64,000 nt of DNA, taken from the NCBI RefSeq assembly GCF_964204645.1, contig NC_134026.1:25330150-25394149 (forward strand), in the 5' to 3' direction. The translations under genes and the position numbers were made by a program. The DNA is from Tubulanus polymorphus (lineage: Eukaryota; Animalia; Nemertea). This document shows, one piece after another, positions 14,001-26,154 of the stretch. The notes under the pieces were generated by a model that worked only from the letters and a program-made list of their open reading frames with translations, searched no databases and was not told where the DNA came from. The first letter of the stretch is position 1, and each line of letters opens with the position of its first letter.

Positions 14001-17000
14001 TATTTTGCTTTGCCAGGTTTTTGAAACAGGCCAGTAAATGCCCAGATCCAGTTGTATGCCGGTGTAGTCCTAATCGTTATTTCGGATCCATTAGTGAAAG
14101 AATGTCTGAAATTATTGACCGGTACTTAGAAAAAAATGCCAGCCAAGTATGTATTTTCACAAAAAGGATGTTCATAATAATATGAAGGAAAGAATTGTAG
14201 ATCTATTGGATGTTCGTGGTGTTCTAATTGAGAAAATACATATTTCTAGTTTTCAGATGATGACGTCGAGTGCCCAAAAGGAAAATTATCAGAGAAACAG
14301 TTCAGAAACATGATGTATGTACAAAATCAAAAAGCTCTTGCTCAGCCTGGTCACCCAGTTGGTCTTCTCGCAGCGCAGGTATTGATTGATAATTCAGCAA
14401 TTTGCATAATTTGTTGATACTAACGTAAAGGTTGTTTTATTTATGTCATCATGTGTGTATTCTAGTCAATTGGAGAGCCATCTACGCAAATGACATTGAA
14501 TACTTTCCATTTTGCTGGTCGTGGTGAGATGAATGTCACGCTGGGTATTCCGCGTCTGCGTGAGATTCTCATGATCGCCAGTAACAATCTAAAAACTCCA
14601 GCTATGGACATACCTCTCATTCCATCGGACAATGCAGAGACAAACGCTAAATATCTTCAACGAAAGTTCACACGAATCCAGTTATCAGAGGTAAGGCTGG
14701 TCTTCAGTTATAGTGGAGTCTTAAATCTAAAAGTATACTGGGTTAAGATATTTTTCTTATGTTTAACATAGGTTCTCGAGTCAGTGGATGTCTGTGAATT
14801 CTTAACTGTGAAGAAAAATGAGTAAGTACAAAATTTCCTACTTCTATAAGCACTGTCACATAAATCCAAATTATAAGTTCTTATTTTTTGCTTAATAATT
14901 TTGCAGATCTAGAGGCAGAAACTATCGCATAAAGTTCAACTTCCTACCCTATGACCTCTACTCAGATAAGTTTGATCTAACTCCGGACAAGATATTAGAT
15001 TTCATGGAGAAGCAATTCATAGTCAAAATATCTCATGGGCTGAAGAAGAAAATGTCAGAGAATGCGAAGATCAAGTCAGTAACCTTGTGATTTTGATAGA
15101 AATCCTTTGAAACCATTTATGGATTAAAAGAAATTGATTTTACACGCACCATTTCCAGGTCAACTACAACTGCGTATATAGTAGATAATAAGAACAAAGG
15201 CGAGGAAAATCAGAATGTAGCTCAGTCAGATGAGGAGGCATTTTCAGATGATGATCTGAATGATGGTGACGCTACAGCTGCAAAACAACGTGAACGAGTC
15301 AGTGATGAGTTAGAATACATTGGAGAAGACGCTGAAAAACAAGATGTTGGAATAAGCGATAATGACCCATCAGGTACTTCTTAGGCATCGAAGTATCATC
15401 TTTTTCATTCATTTCAATTTTTTCAAAATATTCATGCTGTTTCCGATAATGATAATAACAGATGAAGAGTTACCAGATGTCGAGGGAAATGAATATGAAG
15501 CTGAAATTGAGAGTAATGACGGTGAAATTCATGCCCATGTTGGAAAGAAAACTCCATCCAAAGGTGCAGCACGATCTAAAAAGAAAATGGATTCAGCAAG
15601 GATTCATGTAAGTGATTTACTGAATCAATAATGTGTAAATTCTCCAGCAATTGTTTAAAGGTCTATCCGTAGACAGTATTTAGTTCCCAGAATATGTAAA
15701 CTTTGAAGATGCTTTTATTGTATCCCCTTGAGCCTAGCATCTCAAGAAAAAATTGAGTTGATCAGAAACAAGTTGGCCATCTTGTGAAATTAAATGAAAC
15801 AAAAAAGGTCATTTTATGTCTGGATTCTCAGGCTTCAAGCTTCTTAATGGTTTGTCATATTGCGCAAAAGATCTTATACAAATGAGACAGGTTTTTGGAG
15901 CAGTTGATTGTTACGCTGTGAGCAGAGCATCCAGCAGTTCCATTAGTTTTGGTTCATATCTTGAGAATAATTTTTGCTGAAAATATCAGCAGTTTTTACG
16001 TATTGTTACCCCTTGTTCTGTCAAAGGATACATCTCCTCACATGGAATTTGGATTACTCAGTTTATTTTTCATACCATCAGGGTGACTGTTAAATTATTC
16101 CAATATCGAACTACGTCGTATTTTGTATTTCTAGCATGTGTTACATATTAGCAACCTGATAACAGATTACAAATATGATCATCATAAAGGAGAATGGTGT
16201 GAGATATCGTATAAAGTAAGTCTCCGCTGATATTACCTACGCCAATGAAAGAATTGGATCGTATCAATAAAATTTGCTCGTTTTGATTGATATTATAGCT
16301 TCCGATGGAAAATAGTAAAATTGATGCGACGACCTATCTGGAAAATGAAGCTAAAAAGACCGTAGTCTATGAAACTCAGGATATTAAACAATGTTTCCTC
16401 AGTAAAAGTACGAAACCCGGAGAAGAGGGACTTATTCGTCTGAAAACTGACGGTGTCAACATTCAAGTGAGTTCATTGCCAGTCTATGCGATAGACGTAA
16501 AAGCCGTGTTCGTTTTATCGAGGCTGAGTCGACTCAATCAACTCGGTCTGTCGCTCTTAAGAAGTCAGATAGCTCAGTCATTAGCCACGATCACACAAGC
16601 ATTTAAGAGCCTAATGTCTGGTGATCACTGTGCCAGATTTGGCCCAGGCCAACTGTTAACTCTGGTATTAGATTGGTTCATTGCCTGTTTTAAAGATTTT
16701 AGCTTGGGTCAAATTATTCTGTGTGAATGCTTATTGGTTCACCTTGCTTGCCACTGCATCGTTTCATATAGCATTTAAGTAATGAGTGAGTGATTTGCGT
16801 GTTAACATGCTGTCTGATAATTTACAAGTAGAATTTGACTTGGGCCAGTTTGACCCGGGCCAATTCATGTGTCAATTCTGTGTGATCGTGGCTATTGTAA
16901 TCTCTGTGGCTCTTATCAACTTATATGGCATCATCCACAGATGAGAAAACTGTTAGTAGACGAATCCATTAGACTGTTCCAGGTTGGGAGCAGCGATAAT

Positions 17001-20000
17001 GATTTTGACATTTTCCCTTAGATTGCCATGGCGGACTGAACAGTTGACTCAGTCAGTCAAACGAACACAGCTAATGTGTTTTGAATCCCGGCCTCATTGC
17101 ATTGCTGTTTGTAGAAAATGCTAATACGATCTCCTGTTTTATAGGAAATGTACAAATACAGCGACATTCTTCAGATTGATAAACTGTACAGTAATCACAT
17201 TCATGAAATTGCTAGAACCTATGGTATAGAAGCAGCCGGACAAGTAATTGTTAAGGTAAAATCAGTTAGTTCTATATGAAATTGAATCCGGAAGAAGCAA
17301 CTTTTCACCCCTGCTTCTTGAAGATGATGCCATTGACGGGCATTTCAATAAACAAAATTTGTAGTTGGATGCCTTTTCAAACTGTCATTACCTGTACCAT
17401 CATATAAGATATCATTTCAAAACAGCTCTAAGTCTCGAACAGTTCTTAGTTGACGTTTTTAGGGAAACTGTGTCTATTACCACAGAAGTAGATTTTGATT
17501 AGAGCCAGTATGTTAGAAGTCTTAAAGATAATTAGTCTGGGCAATGATTGCGCATGTATGGGTTTGCTGATGTAACTATACTGTTAGAAAGTTTGAAAGT
17601 ATTATCTGAGAGCATCAATCATTCAAATATCGTCAGTCTGATCGCCAGGCGGTTTCGCTACAACTGTTTAGACATCATTTATTCAAGTCCCAGAGTGGAG
17701 TCATGGCTTTAAATATTCCTTTGGTCGTCTCCGATAGATTCCTTTACTTGTCTGCTGTTTAATAAACATCTTGCTGTTTTCGTTGCATCTCATTAGTAAC
17801 TCCCGTGAGGAGATAGAACAACATTTTCATCTAAAGGTCATAACACAATATGAATAGATAAATAATAATGCATGTTTAGTTCTGCTTCGCTGCTGGAATG
17901 GACGACCTTCTTGCATCGGTATAAAAACGAGTTGTCCATCGCAATTTACTTAGCTGAAATTGGTTTTGCTAAATCAAGATTGACCGGTCGCCCTCGTATA
18001 TTACATTACCGATGACCAGCGGATCTTCATTTGAGGCCATTCACTGAATAAATATGTTGCTTACAGCTGGAGGATATGCTCAACATCAACCAATGATTGT
18101 TTGGCCACTGTCTGAAAGAATTCTTTTAAAAGTTGCTTTGTTTTTCAAAATTTTTTCTTGATTTCACTCATCATTAGTCAGTATTGTACGACCTTTAAGA
18201 CATTATCGCCTTAAACGGGCATATTCTGCATCAGGCCACTCGAGTCATTAGGCATTCTAACCACTGAGGAGGTGCTATTTGCTAATCCTCAAGATCTGCG
18301 CACTGACAACTCCATCTGACCAGCGCGCGGTGTACGGACAGAATCGGTAAGCACGCTCTTTTGTGAACAAGGGAATTGTATTACATGTGATTTCTCCTGT
18401 GTCTAAATGCATTAATCTTGATGAGACTTTGGCATTCACACCAGGCACGGCTCGAAATCCAATCAGGCCATCTTTATCTGCCCCTTTTGTGTATAATTAG
18501 TACCGGCAGGAAATGGGGTGTCCATGAGCCGGTCCTATTTACAAAATCTGATCAGATCCTCACCAATGGCTCAACAATTGGATCCTATCAGTTGTTGTTG
18601 GCCTGCGAATTATTGCAGTATTACTTTGCTGATTGTATTTACATAACATTTCATCACCTATCAGAATGATGGGCAAATCAAAGTTTTTCTTCGGCAAACT
18701 TTTCGCGGTCAGCTTCGACCTGCTCTTTCATTTCATTGGACTTTCCTCGTATTCTGCCGACGATGTCTTGTTTTAAGGACAAGTGCATCAGTTTCTTTTC
18801 TTCAGGTCATTATACCGCCAGATCTAGCATCTACATGAAACTCATGTTTTTGGTGAGACATAAAGAGGTCATTCATCACACCTTCGCCGGTACCAATCTG
18901 CATGTATTTCCTATGAATCGGTAATCAAGCTTTGTGAATTCGTGCAGCAATGACCCATTATGAAAGAAATAATAGCAATTTAACTGGCAGTCTTTAGATC
19001 GTAAACTGTTTTGCTCGGGGTCCGTCGGGCGGGTGTACCCCGGTCTTGGTTTCACGAACAGTATATTTGCTAATGAGTTTCCGATTATCTGAATTGCTCT
19101 TGTGACTCGGGGAAACCGGCGCGAGGTGTCTTAAGACACATAAATGCTGGCGATTTATTGTCGTAGCTTATTTTCTGTAATTTCCATCGTGTAATTGGAT
19201 ATGTCAGTTCAGCGTTGGAGTGGACGTCATTCTGGGAGGAGACCTTCGCAGGAATTTCGACACGTTTGGCAGGAGATGACTGTTTTCGCTCTTTTTACAT
19301 GCATATAAACAAGTGTGTTGATGTGTTAGTTTTCATTAAGGGAATGTCAGTTGGTGAGAGGCCATGAATACTAATATGACAGCTGGCGAATGATCTTGAT
19401 TAAGCATCCGCTATTAAATATGAAACAATGCTTTTCGATTTGAACCCTGCACGCAGCATTCATCGATGCGCCACCCTGATTTGCAAATTTCATTACCTTC
19501 AGCGTCTACCGACTCCTCTCTAAATTTCACTTCGCTTTTCTCGTAGACATGGCGGTTTGTCGGAATTGACTTTGTCCGCAGTCGACAGTTTACTGTCAGA
19601 GTTTCTACGGACTGTGGATTAATGAAGAAAAGTTTCTTTCGATCGAAACATGTTCTACGCATCCATGCGCCTAATCAACTTGACACCCATCAGGTTTAGT
19701 TTATATGCCCGGTGTCAAAACGAAAAAAAATTCAATACACAACGAATGCAAATCGTATCGTCAGAATATTGTATCAATTCATCATATTCATGCAGTTAAA
19801 CTGATTTATTCTGACTTCGCAATAAGTCTGTTATTCATACATAGATACGTTTTTCATCGCGAGCACTCCGTTTTGAATTAATGCTGAAAAGTTTTTGTTG
19901 CATAAAACTTCATGTCTAGTTTTGCTGTTGAACTTTTTAGCAATCCCATCATTTGCGAACCATCACATTGTACAGAAACATAGAAAACGGTTATATGGTG

Positions 20001-20664
20001 TGGGCTGTTGGTGTTATTTTGACCAGTTTTATTATAGAAAATAGGAAATCAGTAATGAAGCTTTTGTTGTAATTAGCGCCAGATGAAGCGCTGGAAAGTT
20101 GTTCCTAATCAGAATTCAAATGTGATTCCGATGAATTATGTATTGAGTATGGAGCAAATTTAGAACAGCTCTGAGGTTCAGCCAGTATATTGCATGAATG
20201 TCACACTGGGACGTCGTGTATCAGGAAATGTGTCTGGAGCATTAAGATTATCAGCCAGTCATCTCTTTATGCGCTTACTGACGGAGGGAGCGAGGTCCAG
20301 CCATAATTTAATGGCAACGCCATGAAAATAATCATATAGTCAGAATTAGATAGAAATATTATTCTAAAACTTCTAAGCCTCTTCGACCCCAGCTAAACTC
20401 ACCTCATCATAATCAATGCATTTGTGTATGCATTAAAGCAAGGGATAGATGAGGACGCAGTGCTTGCTCCCATCGATTTAAATGATTTGCTCACAGTTTT
20501 AGAGAACTGTTTACATCCACCCAGCTGTCAATCCTGACATTATTTTCGATGTGTCATAATAGAATCAAGTTTGATAATTCCTTTGCTGGATGACTCGCGA
20601 TTTCGAGCTGACATTTTAGTTGATACGGAACCCATGGGTAATCACAGCAAAATCAAGCATACTT

Positions 20665-20725
<61 letters not shown>

Positions 20726-23700
20726 TCAATGATCCGATTCTTCCACCCCCTGTGTATTTGCCCAATCTATATCTGATAAAAATCTGATATGCCCACGGGT
20801 GCGCATAGAATCTAGCTGGCTGATAAAATGTCATACACATTCATTTCATTATTTCAGTCTACATATTTTTCATGTTAGTTCATCTGCTTGAGTTCATCTT
20901 CCTCGCCGATGACAGTTTCATCGACCTTCTATTTCGTTTCGTCAGTCTATTTGATAGCTGAACACGACGGGGCTAAGGATGTTCTTCATGCTTGATAGGC
21001 CTGAAATTCCTCACTTGGTTTTGACGTCTGGTCAAAAACTTATTTGGCAGTATATTGAAATCCTGTGATCTGTGTTAAATTAAATTATTTTCACAGGGTC
21101 GGTTTATGTTGTGCTAGATTTCATTCTTTATCAAGAATTTCATTCAACTCCAGACAACATTTCAGAGAATTTTCAAGGAAATATCTCTTTACGCTGACAA
21201 ACTATTCATTAACGCGCTGGAAGTAAATGGAGCTTTTAATTAGTGACTAATAATGACCACCAGAATTGAATGTCCCGTCCGAGTTGCCCATTCATATAGC
21301 TGATTTTACGTCTTGAGAATGAAGGTTTTGAACTGTGGTAATTATTCGGAAATAGCTATTTACATTGACCGATGAGAATAGCGCCTAATCAACACATGTT
21401 CATCAATTAATGAAGAGCGGTAATTTCATTTACTGTTTGCCTATATTGCAATGTTATATCGGACAAGTAGAATTTCGGTGCTTTGCGCATTAGCTGGTCT
21501 CAGGGTTGCGTTAATTGCGAACATCAATTAAGCATTTTAATGAGTAACTGCACAGAAGTTTCTATTGTTGTTAGCGGCTGCTGGTGGCTATATGCCGGGG
21601 TAATTCGCTTGTCAGTTGATTGCATGCCAAAAATTGAATCCCCTGCAATTAGTGCGGTTTTCATCAGTGCTCGTCCGGCCACTAGAAATCTCCTCGAGTC
21701 AATGTATTCCGTGGTGGCGAACAATTGCAATCTTTAACGATTAACAAGCGTCTATTGGGGCCCCTTCCATTGACTATGAGACATGATTACAATTTTGCAT
21801 GATCATATAAGTCTCTCGGGTCACATTTACTGTTCAGCACTGCTCTGACATGTATAACAATGCCTATCCCTGTCTCTAGCTAACCAACGAATTCTAAATT
21901 TCAGTTTATGCTGCATTTTTCCTCGAAATAATCAGTGTTATTATTCTACGAATGAGCCTTATGAACACGAGGGTGACTTATTTCAAATGGCGCCGGCTTC
22001 GAAAATCAGCATAATCAATTTATATGTCCACGTACAAACTGATCAACTGTAATCTGGCAATTAGTATGCGTATGTACATCTCGGCATAAATCAACAGTTT
22101 AATAAGATATAAGCTACAAAATGCAGTTTCCGCTATCGCAAACAATATATCTCGTCGATTAATCGAATCGGCCGATATTTCTTAGACGAAATCGATCGCG
22201 ACGTCTTACAGTTTATTTTATGCTCTCCAGAAGTCGGCGAGAAGAGCCGGTTGGGAAATTTGGACTCGGATTCGCGCGATACGGTAGATTAGGCGTTAAC
22301 CATAAAAACGGCTTTCGGTTTCGTTTCAAGTACGTATTGAAATTTCAATCGATAGAACGATCGACGTCGTCAATATTCCGCTCATTGTTTCGTCGTTCGA
22401 CTAATGGCCGTTTCTCGTGGACTCGCCGAGTAACGGCATTAATAGATAGTGCCTTATTACGTCGTGTTTTACGCCGTTTCGTACGCGCTACACGTCGCCT
22501 CATTCATATTTACGAGAGCGTTTGCGTCAGCTTTTCCGTCGGCGATAAAAAAACTTTCGCGCGCACGCCGCCATCGCATTGGAAAAAGTTGCGCGAAAAA
22601 CGTCGACGCAGATCGTCGAAATGATTTCTCCGGCGTCAATTTTCGTGTACCGCCGGGTGCACGACGCGGAAAGAATTTTAATCGGGCGAGCGCTCGCGAA
22701 ATTTAGAAAAGAATTATTACCTAACGTCGCTGATGTGAACCAGATTAAAGTCAAATGTCGCGACGAACCGTCCTGGTATATTTACCGCTTCGTACCGTCG
22801 ACTATCCGACAGCTAGAATCGAGTACCGGTTATTTGTATAATGAAATTATGTTAAAATGTCTGGCCTTGAATTAGTCTCGATTATCGGCACTTTTCTAAT
22901 CAACAGCGCTGTATACCGGTAGAACGGAATGTAATACATATATATCATCAAGTTCTCATCGGGTCTTGGCTCGTTTTTCGCCTGGGATTACTAGGTTTCA
23001 AAAACATTTCTTATTAACGCACCGGCATAATTTCATTATTCATATATTACTGTCCGGTCGCATGAATTTCACGCGTCGGCAAAATGCTGTTGAAGCGCCG
23101 TGTAATGTCTATACCCGTGTGGTGGTGCAGTTGGTTAAAGATTTCACCCTGTAAGCCAGGCGGCGTTAATTGCGCGTTGGAATTAAGTTAACACTTCCTT
23201 GTCAGGCGTCTTTACCTGATTAGGTCCCCCTCGCTGTACGTCGCTGTCAGAATAATTTATTTTCATCGAAAATATGAACACGTGGTAGATGCTTCGGGGA
23301 TATCAAAATGTTCATGTCCTTATCGCGATCGAAGGAAAAAGTATTCGTGTGGTCTTTGACTTCTTGGTATGCATTTAACTGGTGGAAATTTCCCGCAAAT
23401 TAAGAATGAACGAATTACGATCCAGAAGAGGTATTTTTTAAATTGGCCATTCATTCATCACTCAGTGAAGCGCTGCTTACCATTTTCCCACCGGTGTCAT
23501 TGTCTCAGAGATTTCTGGTAAATGTTACCCAGTTGAGGCTAGGTAATTGTTCCCTGTACGAATCTAACGCAGCACTGATTCTTCACTTGAACTATTTCCC
23601 TCAGACAGACGTTTGAACGTGTTTTGTTTTGGTAAATAACACATCCATCCACATTATGGTCGGTCAGCGGATGAATTTCTAATGAATGACTGATGGTGAA

Positions 23701-24630
23701 AAACTTCTAGCCAGTAACTAGTTCAGACTTTCTTACCTAGTTTTAGGACTTGCAATAATTAACTGGAAAACAATTCTTAACCCTTTCGGTGTGTCTACAC
23801 TGCAGTGCGGTGTATAAATTGGTGTTTGACATTGCTAGTACACCGCATGGTGATGTATTGATGTTAATAGTTGCTATCTGTATATTGAAAGATGGCAGCC
23901 CGTCAAATATAGCGATATATTAGTAACTAACGTTACACCGCACCATGGTATAGATGCACTAAAGCATTATGCCCGTTATTCAACAGACTGGGGTCGAATT
24001 TTTAGAAATCTTCAAAATGAATGATCTCCAGCACTTTCGGGTATTAGTCCGCACTGAAAGGGTTAACCCATTAGAGTCAAATCTTAACTCATAAGTGAGT
24101 TCTGTATAGCTCGGGGATTCAAAAAGTCTCAGTTTAAACTGTATCTTATACTAATCTACTGAATTTCTGTCTATACTTGTAGGAAGTAAGGGATGTATTT
24201 GCAGCATATGGTATTGAAGTCGACTACCGTCATCTGTCTCTGATCGCCGATTACATGACATTTTCCGGAGTATATTTGCCATTCAATCGTACGGGAATCA
24301 ATTCAAACTCGTCGCCATTCCAGAAAATGAGTTTTGAAACTACGATGAACTTCTTAAAAACCGCGACCATGGCAGGTAAATGAGAATGGATCGAATTTCA
24401 TATTCGGTTCTTGAAACTTATACCAAATTCTCACTAGCCAACGCATCTACTTTGCTAATGTTTTGAATAAATACATGTGTTTTACATACTTGATTCTGTC
24501 TGGTTTTTCAGGCTCAGCGGACACATTAGAATCACCGTCATCTCGTATAGTTGTTGGATTACCGGTTGGTGTCGGTACAGGCTGCTTCAAAATACATGAA
24601 CCAACTATTTCAACATCTCCTGAACAGTAA
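8067..24630 (+). CDS. POLR1A: DNA-directed RNA polymerase I largest subunit RPA1 (32 coding exons)
   Basis: GT-AG exons read manually: 8067-8223, 8338-8465, 8569-8791, 8882-9110, 9208-9493, 9583-9744, 9965-10108, 10608-10828, 10906-11041, 11104-11326, 11419-11642, 11826-11909, 12046-12216, 12308-12424, 12514-12725, 12802-12886, 12993-13193, 13287-13415, 13502-13666, 13742-13905, 14017-14146, 14250-14378, 14466-14690, 14772-14821, 14907-15074, 15159-15373, 15462-15607, 16135-16215, 16299-16466, 17145-17255, 24183-24375, 24512-24630. Motifs: [24 protein letters not shown], catalytic [60 protein letters not shown], acidic Pol I expander, [24 protein letters not shown]. Possible 5'UTR intron 7840-8027. 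Confidence 0.97.
10189..10578. mobile_element. Non-autonomous TIR element in a POLR1A intron
   Basis: Left end cagggccccttc; right end gtagggaccctg (reverse complement cagggtccctac). It accounts for this intron being ~500 nt rather than the usual 60-200 nt. Confidence 0.5.
16502..17072. mobile_element. Tourist/PIF-Harbinger-like MITE in a POLR1A intron
   Basis: TIRs agccgtgttcgttt (16502-16515) and aaacgaacacagct (17059-17072), 13/14 match, with subterminal gctgagtcgact/agttgactcagt similarity. Superfamily call rests only on the TIR sequence. Confidence 0.6.
16582..16894. mobile_element. Second MITE nested inside the 16502-17072 element
   Basis: Perfect 16-bp inverted ends tagccacgatcacaca (16582-16597) and tgtgtgatcgtggcta (16879-16894). 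Confidence 0.7.
17290..22080 (-). pseudogene. Endogenous viral element: decayed bunyavirus-like L protein (cap-snatching endonuclease + RdRp), C-terminally truncated, nested antisense in POLR1A intron 17256-24182
   Basis: Intronless and protein-like, with one frame persisting for hundreds of nt despite scattered stops (e.g. 21240->20722). Ordered motifs on -: endonuclease-like TPAY...TIETSV (21601-21551); F-like [19 protein letters not shown] (~19312-19253); A YVS*DTSRRFP (19142-19110); B-like [13 protein letters not shown] (18903-18865); C FAHHSD-[aggt]-DEMLC (18677-18641); D/E-like [20 protein letters not shown] (18442-18383). Ends are approximate. Confidence 0.8.
20669..20722. repeat. (TA)27 microsatellite interrupting the viral fossil
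   Basis: Pure TA run. Confidence 0.95.
22120..22875 (+). pseudogene. CpG-rich frameshifted coding-like fragment of unknown origin
   Basis: Abrupt switch to CpG-rich composition; overlapping + ORFs 22220-22624 and 22579-22875 can be joined by a 1-nt slip in the A-run near 22547-22553 (...[21 protein letters not shown]...). No family recognised. Confidence 0.35.
23115..23260 (+). mobile_element. Possible degenerate tRNA-derived SINE head
   Basis: A-box-like tggtgcagttgg at 23123-23134 in a tRNA-like 5' context; B box not recognisable. Confidence 0.3.
23781..24062. mobile_element. piggyBac-like non-autonomous element (MITE)
   Basis: TTAA duplication at 23777-23780 and 24063-24066; ends ccctttcggtg...cactgaaaggg (10/11 inverted match, CCC...GGG termini); three internal tacacYgca... 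quasi-palindromic repeats. Confidence 0.8.
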
Positions 24631-26154
24631 ATGCCACCTATGTTTGAAAATGACCAGTCCATTTATGCCAATTTTCCAATCCATGTATGCAAGAGTTTTT
24701 GATAAATATGTATATGTTAAAACTCTTATTACTGATAGGTCATGGATTTTCATTCAAATGTACTATTTCTATGTTGTAATGAAGGGTAATATGTACAAAA
24801 TGCTGGTTAAGAATAAAAGAATTTTTATATACATATATCATAGCTATATTGTCATTTACATTGGGGAACATAAGTGCACTCAAACTCACTTAAGTTGTCA
24901 CATTACTAAGTTATCCCTGTTTTTGTGTCCCCATTTGTTTTTTCAATTCAATTTACTAAGTTTACAACTGTTAGTTGTCGTTTGTCATGGTCTACTCAAG
25001 AATTTGACTCCACTACATTTGTTGAGGATCGTAGCTGTGTTAAGAGGTTTGGATCTTCCAGTTAGAGGCATATCATTGGTTTTCCCTGGCAAGGAGCTGC
25101 TTTTAGAAAAAGAAATGAAGCCAGATGTACGAGTTCCAACATACCGGGTAGCTGTTCCTCAAGCTGTCAGTCGAATTCAAAAGAAATGAAATCCAAGGAC
25201 TAATTCGATCAAAAATAAATAATGTAAACATTTATTTATTCATTTCCTATCTAATACATGTATATAATCCATTCTTAACAAATAGTTAAAGCTTGCATAA
25301 ATATGAGCTTTATGAGAGAGAATAGGTATAGTAGTATAGCATACAAATATTACAGATACATGAAATTCATACCTTACCATCATAAACTATACACATAACA
25401 TTGATCACAATTTTATCTATGGTGTGTTATACATATTCATTCATTTACTAATGATACCCATTTGCCCACGGCTCGCAATATTGATCAGCAGAAAAACAGT
25501 AACTAACTTACAGTTGAGTAGCGTTTAAAAAATTGGACGGATTTTATTTGCGACGGAATCATCTCCAATCTGACTAAGCCATTTAGTAGTCGTGAAGATA
25601 ACAGCCATTTGACCTTTAATATAAGCCGCAGACGGCGGATGATGAATGATATGTAGAAATATGCAGTCAACAGTCCCGGGTATCGACAAAAAACTTCAGA
25701 CACTTAAAGATGCCTTATAACCGATGCCAGATCATGCCTCCTTTCAACAGATGATGGTCTGATTTCCCTTGGGCTGACACGGAGGTATTCTTTGAATCGG
25801 AAGTAAAAATTTCCCAAGTGGACAGTTTCATACCAACGCTTGACAAGTAGGGAGTTTTCTTTATGGTCAGTCGTAGGAAAAATTGTCTGAGATTCTTCAT
25901 TCTAACTACAATATATTGGCATTTGCAGCACATAAACCTTCATAACGTACGAACAATGTACGAATTTTAAACAATATTCTTTTCAAAATTTTCTCTTTCT
26001 AATCCACCATCTTTAAGCGAAATGAATAAATATCTTATTTCGTTTAGTAATACAGTATTCATGAGGTGGGACATTCTTGTACACAGTGTATAGAAATGCA
26101 GTTTATTTGATCTGAGATCCCGTTCTTAATCCAGAGTATGGAATTCGATGAGAA

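Noticed and set aside
18865-18903. QIGTGEG as a SecA-like/P-loop Walker A motif
   Set aside because: Lacks the GK(S/T) lysine and sits between RdRp motifs A and C, where motif B is expected.
17290-22080. Functional nested gene using stop readthrough or an alternative genetic code
   Set aside because: All three stop types occur, along with many frameshifts and a (TA)27 insertion; neutral decay is the simpler explanation.
24551-25189. 212-aa ORF, the longest in the track
   Set aside because: Out-of-frame overlap with the last POLR1A exon and its AT-rich 3' UTR; non-ATG start and no recognisable domain.
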